Shown here: piece after piece, positions 56,642 to 64,000 of the stretch | Numbering within the stretch: position 1 is the stretch's first letter | Layout: each line of letters opens with the position of its first letter | DNA from: a virus | DNA length: 64,000 nt | IMG/VR virus record: IMGVR_UViG_3300045912_000789 | Coordinates: 96,001-160,000 of that record | Strand: one strand, 5' to 3' | Translations under genes and position numbers: made by a program | Notes under the pieces: model-generated | What the model was told of the DNA's origin: nothing | What the model saw: the letters and a program-made list of their open reading frames with translations, nothing else | Database searches by the model: none

Positions 56642-57668
56642 GGTCACCCAGTACGAAGCGATGACGGTGCATCGCCTCCTCGGGGCGAAGCCGTCGGAAG
56701 GCGACGAAGGCTGGCACTTCGAGTTCGGTCCTCACAACCTCCTCACGCACGATGTGATCGTGTGCGACGAGGCGTCGATGCTGGACGCGGAGACCTGCCA
56801 CTACCTGCTCCAGGCGGTGGACACGCACCGCACCCGCGTCTTCTTCATCGGGGACGCCAACCAGCTCCCCAGCGTCGGGCCGGGGCAGGTGTTCGCCGAC
56901 CTGATCAACAGCGGACGGATCCCGGTGAAGCGTCTGACGCACGTTCATCGTGCTGCGGCGAAGAGCTGGGTCTGCCGCAACGCGCCGTTCATCCTCAACG
57001 GAGACATCGACATCATCACGAGCTGCGACGATTTCCGGTTCTACAACATCGACGACCCGGAACGAATCGCGCGTGTGGTGGTGGAACTGGTCACCGAGAA
57101 GATGCCGTCCGCGGGCGTGAAGAACATCCAGGTCCTCACGCTACAGAACGCGGGGCAGATCGGAGTGGAGTCGCTCAACAAGTACCTCCAGTCCAAGATC
57201 AACCCGGTCGCCGGGCGTCACGAGGAGTTCATCGCCGTGCGCGCCAGCAAGGGCACGGTCTACGAGCTTCGAGTGAACGACCTGGTGATGGCCACCGAGA
57301 ACGACTACCATCGCTTCGTGTTCAACGGTGAGATCGGTACCGTTCTCGAAGTGGACCCCTCGACGAAGAAGATGGAGGTCGCCTTCGACGGCCGCATCGT
57401 GGAGTTCGACGCGGAGTCGGTGAAGACGCTGCGGCTGGCGTACGCGCTGACCGTGCATAAGTCGCAGGGATCGGAGTGGGACTGGGTCGTCGTGGTCTGC
57501 CACGGATCGCACGACTACATGTGGAGCCAGCAGCTCCTCTACACGGCGGTCACGCGGGCGAAGAAGGGCGTGGTCATCATCGGCGATCACGCCGGTCTGG
57601 GCGCGGCACTGGTCAACGACGAGCCGCGGCGGCGCATGACGACGCTCGCGAGGAGGTTGGGAACATGA
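56451..57668 (+). CDS. recD: RecD2-like SF1B helicase, catalytic part
   Basis: GGPGTGKS, APTGKAA, DEASM, GDANQLPSV, YALTVHKSQGSE, LLYTAVTRAK. Confidence 0.92.
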   Translation: MDTITLDPTQEEAVKMMLTQKVGIVTGGPGTGKSTILHSFLDRSTAKHVALVAPTGKAAKRIAEVTQYEAMTVHRLLGAKPSEGDEGWHFEFGPHNLLTHDVIVCDEASMLDAETCHYLLQAVDTHRTRVFFIGDANQLPSVGPGQVFADLINSGRIPVKRLTHVHRAAAKSWVCRNAPFILNGDIDIITSCDDFRFYNIDDPERIARVVVELVTEKMPSAGVKNIQVLTLQNAGQIGVESLNKYLQSKINPVAGRHEEFIAVRASKGTVYELRVNDLVMATENDYHRFVFNGEIGTVLEVDPSTKKMEVAFDGRIVEFDAESVKTLRLAYALTVHKSQGSEWDWVVVVCHGSHDYMWSQQLLYTAVTRAKKGVVIIGDHAGLGAALVNDEPRRRMTTLARRLGT

Positions 57669-57913
57669 TGGACCTGCTCCTCGTCGTGATCCTCGTGATC
57701 ATCGCCGTGTACGTGTACTTCAACTATGACATCAACCGGGGTCCAGAGGTTCACGATCCACTGGACCCATTCCCGGCACCAGAGGAACCGCATGCGAGTG
57801 ATCATCGCGGGGAGCCGCTCCATCAAGGAGATGGACGTGCTCAAGGAAGCGATCCGGCTGTCGAACTACGAGATCACCGAGGTGGTGAGCGGCGGCGCCG
57901 GAGGAGTGGATAG
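57665..57913 (+). CDS. Small membrane protein
   Basis: RBS GAGGAGG; LLLVVILVIIAVYVYF. Confidence 0.4.
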   Translation: MMDLLLVVILVIIAVYVYFNYDINRGPEVHDPLDPFPAPEEPHASDHRGEPLHQGDGRAQGSDPAVELRDHRGGERRRRRSG

Positions 57914-58151
57914 TCTCGGGGAGGAGTGGGCCCTGAACAACCGCATCCCCTGCAAGGCCTTCCCCGTGGAGGGCTTCGAGTGGGAGCGGAGAAAGAAGGC
58001 CGGCCTCGATCGGAACGTGCGCATGGCGCACTACGCCGACGCGCTGATCGCGGTCTGGGACGGAGTCTCGTCCGGCACCAAGCACATGATCGACACGATG
58101 CGTGCGCTGGGTAAGCTGGTCTACGTGTACGTCTACGACCCCAACCGATAG
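57792..58151 (+). CDS. SLOG family protein (YspA/DUF2493-like)
   Basis: IIAGSR; VSGGAGGVD; RNVRMAHYADALIAVWDG.SSGTKHMI. Confidence 0.85.
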   Translation: MRVIIAGSRSIKEMDVLKEAIRLSNYEITEVVSGGAGGVDSLGEEWALNNRIPCKAFPVEGFEWERRKKAGLDRNVRMAHYADALIAVWDGVSSGTKHMIDTMRALGKLVYVYVYDPNR

Positions 58152-58160
58152 GAGAACGAC

Positions 58161-58562
58161 ATGGGTGACCATCGACAGTTCGTCGAACCTTCCACGATCG
58201 CCGAGGCCATCAGCCGCAAGCGGACGCTGGAGCGCGACATCTGGAACATCGAGCGCCAGCTCGCCGAGCCCCTGCGCGAGCAGGAGGGGAAGCCGCTGGA
58301 CAAGAAGCAGTACCGTTCCTGGCGCTCGAAGGCCCACAGCAGCCTCGCCTTCAAGAAGGCGGAGCAGGCCTTCCTGAAGGACTGGATCACCGAGCGTCGA
58401 CGGTCCATCGAGGCCAACAAGCTGGGGATCTTCGACCCGAACGATCCCAGAGAGCTGCTCGTGAAGACGCGGGTGGCGCTCAAGAAGGCCCTAGCCGGAG
58501 ACGATCTGGAGCTGGGCCAGCTCTACAACATGATCGATCAGTTCCTCCAGCACGCAGCCTGA
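58161..58562 (+). CDS. Hypothetical protein
   Basis: RBS AGGAG. Confidence 0.65.
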   Translation: MGDHRQFVEPSTIAEAISRKRTLERDIWNIERQLAEPLREQEGKPLDKKQYRSWRSKAHSSLAFKKAEQAFLKDWITERRRSIEANKLGIFDPNDPRELLVKTRVALKKALAGDDLELGQLYNMIDQFLQHAA

Positions 58563-58588
58563 CCGAACCGAACCAAACGAGGAGAGAC

Positions 58589-58915
58589 GTGGACGCCATC
58601 ACCAGATTCAACCTGCGGGGGATCGCCCGCCACACCAAGGGGCTCGTGAAGCACCTCCTGGGGCTGACGCGCCCCATCACCCAGGAGGAGCTGGAGCGCT
58701 CGACCGCGGCGTGGCATCAGCCGCCGGACCCCGGGCACCCGATCGAGCTGTGCCAGTGCGTCGACAAGATGGCGCCTCCGGACATGCACAACGAGGGCTG
58801 CCCCTGGGCCGCGGCGATGTGCAGGACGTGCCACGGCGACGGGTACTGCCCGAACTGCATGGGAGACGGCACGGAGCCGAAGGCTCCGTCGCCCGATCTC
58901 GTGGAGGTACCCTGA
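58589..58915 (+). CDS. Zn-finger hypothetical protein
   Basis: CRTCHGDG.CPNCMGDG DnaJ-type repeats. Confidence 0.6.
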   Translation: MDAITRFNLRGIARHTKGLVKHLLGLTRPITQEELERSTAAWHQPPDPGHPIELCQCVDKMAPPDMHNEGCPWAAAMCRTCHGDGYCPNCMGDGTEPKAPSPDLVEVP

Positions 58916-59403
58916 TGAAGGAGGCCCTTCAGTACCTGCGAGGACTGAGGGGCCACCTGTACCAGGTGCCCCTGATCGCCTTCGTAGGTCACGTCTGTCG
59001 AACCTGGTACGCCGACGAGAACACGACGTGTGCGGTCATGGAGATCCTGCGCAGCGAGCGCATGTTCCAACCGGTGCACACGAAGCCCACCGGCTTCGAC
59101 CTGATGGTGAGCAAGATCGCCGGGTACCTCGGGCTGGTGGGGTTCGAGGTCGCCCCGGCGGGACAGGACAAGGAGGGCCGCACCATCCGCGATCCCGGCA
59201 TGTTGGATGGGGTGGCGTTCGTGGTGGCCTTCCCGGTGGAGAAGCCGCCGAAGACGGACGAGTTCGGGAAGCCGGTGAAGTCCGCGGTCGAGAAGCTCGA
59301 CTGGAGAACGGCTGATCCCGAGCTGGCCAAGACGATCGAAGCCATGGGCATCCCAGTGCTCGTGGTGTACCGAACTGGCGAGACCCAGTGGATCTCGCAA
59401 TGA
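58915..59403 (+). CDS. Hypothetical protein
   Basis: TGATG coupling, RBS GGAGG. Confidence 0.55.
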   Translation: MKEALQYLRGLRGHLYQVPLIAFVGHVCRTWYADENTTCAVMEILRSERMFQPVHTKPTGFDLMVSKIAGYLGLVGFEVAPAGQDKEGRTIRDPGMLDGVAFVVAFPVEKPPKTDEFGKPVKSAVEKLDWRTADPELAKTIEAMGIPVLVVYRTGETQWISQ

Positions 59404-59414
59404 GGAGAGACACG

Positions 59415-60215
59415 ATGACCCTGATCCCGATCGACGAGTTCAAGAAGCTGAAGCGCGACGACATGTTCGTGAAGCTCGCGGCCAGCGCCCCCGACCTGGT
59501 GAAGGGGAAGACCCGCGCCAAGAAGGAGGAGCTGGTCGAGATCTACGAGACCCTGCTCAAGCAGACCGAGCTGAGCAACGAGGTGATCGACGAGGTCATC
59601 GCGGAGGAGAAGGACATCCACACGCAGGCGGCCGAGGAGGCGTTCAGGACGCACACCGAGACGGGTCGCTTCCCGTCGGACGAGCCCAACCTCGCGAACA
59701 CCCCGCTGCGCACGGAGGAGGCGAAGGAGCTGCGGGACGCATTTGCGGAGCCCCTGGCCATCCCCGCGGACTTCACCGAGATCGAGAGCCGCATCGCGGC
59801 GTCGATGATGCCGGTCGAGCCGTCCGAGCAGGAGAAGCGGATGGCCCAGGCCATGGGGCTCGGCGGGCTTGCTCAGGCGTCCATGGACGCCTACGACCGC
59901 GAGAAGCCCTACGGCGGTGGGATCCCGAAGAACACCGCGGTGCTCTCCGATCACGAGCACGTCGTGGGGGTTACGGGCGACCGCTCCATGGTCACCGACA
60001 TGCCCGTGGGCGTCGTGGTCAGCCGCAAGGCGCAGGTCGAGCGCGAGCTGGCGAAGCTGAAGCACCCCCAGCTCGTCCTGATCGCCACGTACAAGCACGT
60101 GCCGAAGAACGGGAACCGTCGGCAGCGCAAGCTGGCGGAGAGCCTGCTGAAGCGGGTGCGGAAGTTCCTGCCCAAGGGCATCACGATCGACGAGGCGATG
60201 GCGGTGCTCCCGTGA
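59415..60215 (+). CDS. Hypothetical protein
   Basis: RBS GAGGAG. Confidence 0.65.
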   Translation: MTLIPIDEFKKLKRDDMFVKLAASAPDLVKGKTRAKKEELVEIYETLLKQTELSNEVIDEVIAEEKDIHTQAAEEAFRTHTETGRFPSDEPNLANTPLRTEEAKELRDAFAEPLAIPADFTEIESRIAASMMPVEPSEQEKRMAQAMGLGGLAQASMDAYDREKPYGGGIPKNTAVLSDHEHVVGVTGDRSMVTDMPVGVVVSRKAQVERELAKLKHPQLVLIATYKHVPKNGNRRQRKLAESLLKRVRKFLPKGITIDEAMAVLP

Positions 60216-60394
60216 GCATCGAGCGGATGAAGAAGCTGATGGCGGATCTGGAGAAGATCAACCGTCAGCGCCACTTCGACATGGCCCCGGCGGTTTCGCC
60301 TCCGGGGCCTACGTCTCCCAGGGCCAGGCGGCCTTGGGAGACCGGCCCGATCACTACCGACTACCTACCTGTATCGAACCGGAGCACTTCATGA
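60212..60394 (+). CDS. Small hypothetical protein
   Basis: Coupled on both sides (GTGA, ATGA). Confidence 0.45.
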   Translation: MSIERMKKLMADLEKINRQRHFDMAPAVSPPGPTSPRARRPWETGPITTDYLPVSNRSTS

Positions 60395-60921
60395 GAGACA
60401 GCATCCCCGTCAGCCAGAAGCACGGCGTCAACCCGTCCGTGCAGATCTGCTTCTACTGCAAGAAGGCGATCGGAGTCGCCCTCTTCGGGAAGCTCCACGC
60501 CGGCAAGGTGAAGGAGATGTTCGGCGAGGAGTTCGCGAAGAGCGCTCCCCGTGCGGCCGACCCCAACGACATCGAGGCGCCTCGCGAGGTGGTGCTGGAT
60601 CTGGAGCCCTGCGAGGGCTGCACGGTCTTCTACCCCCACTCCAAGCACGGGGTCTTCCTGATCGAGTGCGACGAGCGTGACGTCGAGGTTCGGGAGCACG
60701 GTCGGAGGGTCCTGAAGAGGATCCCGCAGCCGACCGGGAACTTCGTCGTCATGAAGGACGAGGCGATCAAGCGCATCTTCCAGCCGGGGAAGCTGGTCGA
60801 GGACGTCCTGAAGAAGCGGATCGCGCAGATGGACCGCGAGACCTGGGCGATGCTGGGCCTGAACGACGCTCCGGAGAAGCTGATCGAGCCCGAGGGCGGG
60901 ACCGGACCGAGCCCGGACTGA
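60391..60921 (+). CDS. Phage Zn-binding hypothetical protein
   Basis: KHGVNPS..ICFYC...EPCEGC. Confidence 0.65.
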   Translation: MRDSIPVSQKHGVNPSVQICFYCKKAIGVALFGKLHAGKVKEMFGEEFAKSAPRAADPNDIEAPREVVLDLEPCEGCTVFYPHSKHGVFLIECDERDVEVREHGRRVLKRIPQPTGNFVVMKDEAIKRIFQPGKLVEDVLKKRIAQMDRETWAMLGLNDAPEKLIEPEGGTGPSPD

Positions 60922-61017
60922 CGGCAGGGGCTCCCCGGGTGACCGGGCGAGCCCCTGATCGTTTGCCTGTCAAACAGGCCCCGGAATCCCCTATGAGCAG
61001 GTACAAGGAGAAAGATC

Positions 61018-62136
61018 ATGCGAACCATCACCATCATGTTCATGCTCACGCTACTGATCGGCTGCGGTGAGCAGTCGGTCGTTCCCATGACCGACGCCGG
61101 CGTGATCGGCGACGGTTCCGTCCAGGAGGATGCCGATGCGGCAGAGGAAGCTGACGCGGGAGATCGAGACAGCTCGACGCCGGACGCGGGGACGCCTGAC
61201 AGCGGAACTCGTTCGGATGCCGGCCGCGACAGCGGCACGGACAGCGGCATGCCGGATGCCGGCACGCCGGACTCCAGCACGCCTGGAGACGCGGGGACCG
61301 ACAGCTCGGTTCCCGACGCCGGCACTGACGCGGCGGTAGACGCCGGCCCGCCGCGCCCCGTGGGTGCTGCGGTCGACGTCTCTGGCTCGCGTTGCGCGCT
61401 GGACAGCGCTGGCTCGGTGTGGTGCTGGGGCCGTTGGACGCCCGTCGAGGACGTGCGCCTGATGGGTGCCGGCTTCGATAGCGTCTCGGGCTCCTGCGCG
61501 CTCCGCGGCAGCGAGGTCTGGTGCGCCGAGTTCACCACCGAGACCATGGTCCCGGTGATCGAGGGCTCGGCAACGCTGGAGGTCGATACGATCTCCGAGT
61601 ACAGCGACCTGGCCCGCGGCTGCGGCCATCGCCTGACCCCGGAGGGCTGGGGCGAGGCGGTGTGCTGGACCGACGGTGGCAGCGTCGCCCGCGAGGGCGG
61701 CACCGGGGCCACCCTCGTGGCGGTCTCGGCGACCAGCCCGCGCGAGGTCTCCGCCATCGGCGGCTCGTGGGAGGCGTACGATGTCAACCCGCCGAGCACG
61801 TGCCGCAGCGATGGCACCCGAGCGTCGTGCGTGCGAGACACCGGCGGGTCGTACGACGCGGCGCGGCCCGCGGGTGACCACTACACCTTGGGCTTCGGCA
61901 TGAGCTGCGCGCACAACGCAGGCATGACGACGTGCTCGACCGCCATCGCGGGTCTCTCGACGGCCTACGTCGACGACGGGACCTTCCACGACCAGTCGGT
62001 CTCCTGGCCGATCGGAACGTGGTCGACGGTCGGCGGCGTGCCGCGCTACCACGAGGCGCGCGGCATCTGCATCAGCGGGAACACCCTGCGGTGCTACGAG
62101 GACAGCGGCGCGCTGGCGTACACTGTGAACTGGTGA
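61018..62136 (+). CDS. Lipoprotein with myxobacterial-style DAG/DSG linker and degenerate RCC1-like Cys repeats
   Basis: Signal peptide II lipobox LIGC; repeated DAG/DSG; CALDSAGSVWCWG. Confidence 0.75.
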   Translation: MRTITIMFMLTLLIGCGEQSVVPMTDAGVIGDGSVQEDADAAEEADAGDRDSSTPDAGTPDSGTRSDAGRDSGTDSGMPDAGTPDSSTPGDAGTDSSVPDAGTDAAVDAGPPRPVGAAVDVSGSRCALDSAGSVWCWGRWTPVEDVRLMGAGFDSVSGSCALRGSEVWCAEFTTETMVPVIEGSATLEVDTISEYSDLARGCGHRLTPEGWGEAVCWTDGGSVAREGGTGATLVAVSATSPREVSAIGGSWEAYDVNPPSTCRSDGTRASCVRDTGGSYDAARPAGDHYTLGFGMSCAHNAGMTTCSTAIAGLSTAYVDDGTFHDQSVSWPIGTWSTVGGVPRYHEARGICISGNTLRCYEDSGALAYTVNW

Positions 62137-62207
62137 TCCATCGGGGCTCCCGGCTTCGGCCGGTTGAGCCCCGATCTCTTGCTCCTATCAGCCTGTGGAG
62201 GCTCTGC

Positions 62208-62720
62208 ATGAAGGAAGAAGATGCCGCCAGGATCTTCAAGGCGGCCAGTTCCATCGGCTGGATGTTCGAGATCGATCTGCTGGGGGACGAGTCTATCGTC
62301 CCCCTTCCCGGTCCTGGGGGTGAGGGGGACTATCGCCTCTCGGATTCCGAGCACATCGTTCACGAGCTGGCACACGTGGTTCTCTACGGGCTAGATCTCT
62401 ACCCCGCGGACACCGCGATGATCCGGCTGAGCGACTACTGCCGGGAGCTGCCCGAGCAGGAGCAGCGGGTCAACGAGCTGGAGACTTTCTCGGTAACGGC
62501 CGAGGTGATGCGGCAACTCGGTGTCGAGATCGAGGATGGCGTGTACACCGACTCGATGGAGATCGCGATCCACGGAATCGAGGTGCCGGAGGGCTACGAC
62601 TACCCCGAGCGTCGGCGGCAGGCGTGGATCATGGAGCAGTTCAGAACGTTCCATCAGACCGAGCGCGGACGGGCCGCGGTCGAGAAGCTGATGGGTCTGA
62701 TGAGGAGCGCAGGAGCATGA
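62208..62720 (+). CDS. HExxH zincin-like metallopeptidase
   Basis: HIVHELAHVV with a downstream NELE; CTATCAGC upstream. Confidence 0.6.
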   Translation: MKEEDAARIFKAASSIGWMFEIDLLGDESIVPLPGPGGEGDYRLSDSEHIVHELAHVVLYGLDLYPADTAMIRLSDYCRELPEQEQRVNELETFSVTAEVMRQLGVEIEDGVYTDSMEIAIHGIEVPEGYDYPERRRQAWIMEQFRTFHQTERGRAAVEKLMGLMRSAGA

Positions 62721-62869
62721 CGAAGGAGGAGCTGAAGAAGAAGATCGAGGAGGCGCTGGTGCCGTGTGCGGCCTGCTGCCTGGACGACGAACGAGACCAC
62801 AAGAGGGTGGTCGATGCGCTGGTGCGCGCGCTGCACCCTCTCGTAGAAGGGAAAGAGCAGGCACGATGA
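62717..62869 (+). CDS. Small hypothetical protein
   Basis: ATGA coupling; CAACC. Confidence 0.5.
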   Translation: MTKEELKKKIEEALVPCAACCLDDERDHKRVVDALVRALHPLVEGKEQAR

Positions 62870-63417
62870 ACATCAACGAGTGGGCGACCCACGTTCACCA
62901 GCTCGCCGTCGAGAAGGGCTGGTGGGAGAAGCAGATCAAGGAGGGCAAGGTCGATCCCGAGCTGGTGAAGGAGAAGGTCCCGGAGAAGCTGAACCTCATC
63001 CATGATGAGATCTCTGAGGGCTCGGGCGAGGCCCGGCAGGATCTGTGGGACACCTACTGGAACCTGCGGGACGGCCGCATCACCCTCGGCGAGATCAAGA
63101 AGTACGTGGACGATGCCTGGGAGGGCGACGGGAACGCCCAGGTCGAGATCATGCGGCTCATCCACCAGGCGGGCATGGACGCGAAGGCGCTGCCTGCGCC
63201 CATCTCGACCATGGACCGCAGCGTGTTCTTCACGCAGCTCGTCCACCACATCAACCTGCGGTACAAGCCGGAGGGGTTCGGGATCGAGGTGATCGACGGC
63301 GTCATCCGGAGCCTCGATCTCCTCGAAGCGCTTGGCTACAACACCGAGGCGCTCATGGCAATGAAGCACACCTACAACAAGACCCGGCCGCATCGGCACG
63401 GCAACAAGAGGTTCTGA
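62866..63417 (+). CDS. MazG-like nucleotide pyrophosphohydrolase with insertion
   Basis: EKLNLIHDEISE...IEVIDGVIRSLD...KHTYNKTRPHRHGNK. Confidence 0.75.
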   Translation: MNINEWATHVHQLAVEKGWWEKQIKEGKVDPELVKEKVPEKLNLIHDEISEGSGEARQDLWDTYWNLRDGRITLGEIKKYVDDAWEGDGNAQVEIMRLIHQAGMDAKALPAPISTMDRSVFFTQLVHHINLRYKPEGFGIEVIDGVIRSLDLLEALGYNTEALMAMKHTYNKTRPHRHGNKRF

Positions 63418-64000
63418 TGATCTACGTGAACTTCGATCTGGAGACGACGGGACCGTCTCCGGACAAGAACGCCATCCTTCAGATCGGTGCAGTCGCCCAC
63501 GACTCGTCGAGCTGGGCGGAGATCGGGCACTTCAGTGGCAACATCGCCATCCCGCCGAACCGCGAGTGGGACCCCGAGACTCGCACGTGGTGGGAGACCG
63601 ACGAAGAGGCCGGCAAGGACAAGCTGGAGCTGGTGATGCAGAGCCCGTGGTCCACCGGCTGGGCCATGAAGGCCTTCTTCGACTGGCTGATCTACCTGCC
63701 GAACTGCCAGCTCACGACGACGTCGGACCGGCGCATCGCGTTCGTCGCCAATCCGATCGCCTACGACATGCCCTTCCTTCGGTCGTACATGCGCGAGTAC
63801 GTCGGCGCGACGTGGGAAGAGTGGGCTCAGGCGAACAAGGCCGGGCTCGGGGGCATCGACCTGCCCACCCTGGCGATGTGCGTCATGGGCGCCGACACCC
63901 GAGACGACATCCCGGCCTATCCCGACGCTCGTCGTCGGATGTGGCCTGAGCGGTGGTCCCCCAAGGGCCTGCCGCACACGCACGTCGCGATCGACGATGC
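63417..64000 (+). CDS. DEDDh 3'-5' exonuclease (3'-truncated by the window; absent from the ORF track)
   Basis: Translated by hand: MIYVNFDLETTGP...ILQIGAV...ANPIAYDMPFL...HTHVAIDD. Confidence 0.85.
   Translation, partial: MIYVNFDLETTGPSPDKNAILQIGAVAHDSSSWAEIGHFSGNIAIPPNREWDPETRTWWETDEEAGKDKLELVMQSPWSTGWAMKAFFDWLIYLPNCQLTTTSDRRIAFVANPIAYDMPFLRSYMREYVGATWEEWAQANKAGLGGIDLPTLAMCVMGADTRDDIPAYPDARRRMWPERWSPKGLPHTHVAIDD

Noticed and set aside
1-64000. Genome-wide TAG reassignment (code 15)
   Set aside because: TAG ends several genes at their natural C-termini (terL 6546, exonuclease 42463, macrodomain 46802, SLOG 58149). Long genes are not fragmented; only ndk is clearly split.

Overview
A high-GC segment of a large contractile-tailed (myovirus/jumbo-type) phage genome. 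A DAG-repeat, RCC1-like lipoprotein points to a Myxococcota host (inference). Bases 1-31.4 kb are mostly a + strand virion module: baseplate spike, terminase large subunit, prohead protease, major capsid, neck proteins, tail sheath and tail tube. An inverted island carrying gyrB interrupts it. Bases 31.4-64 kb hold early/middle accessory and replication genes: an AhpD-like peroxidase, two DEDDh exonucleases, NDK with an in-frame TAG, a DarG-like macrodomain, dcd, thyX, a complete tmRNA, a split RecD2-like helicase, and SLOG, MazG-like and deoxyribosyltransferase-like proteins. Four signals stand out. (1) A K-x-A/S motif is very dense in about 15 putative head proteins and brackets discrete cargo domains (ferritin-like, DUF6582-like, InPase-like, DUF5661-like, Gly-zipper helices), suggesting a protease-processed modular polyprotein cargo system. 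(2) A CTATNAG promoter motif occurs at least 14 times, seen only in front of non-structural genes, while a separate leaderless TAnnnT class precedes some structural genes. (3) A TACTAAC-repeat, low-GC region sits at the strand switch. (4) Several reading-frame interruptions occur (one amber stop, about three frameshift-like junctions). All family assignments come from motif recognition by eye; no database search was run.
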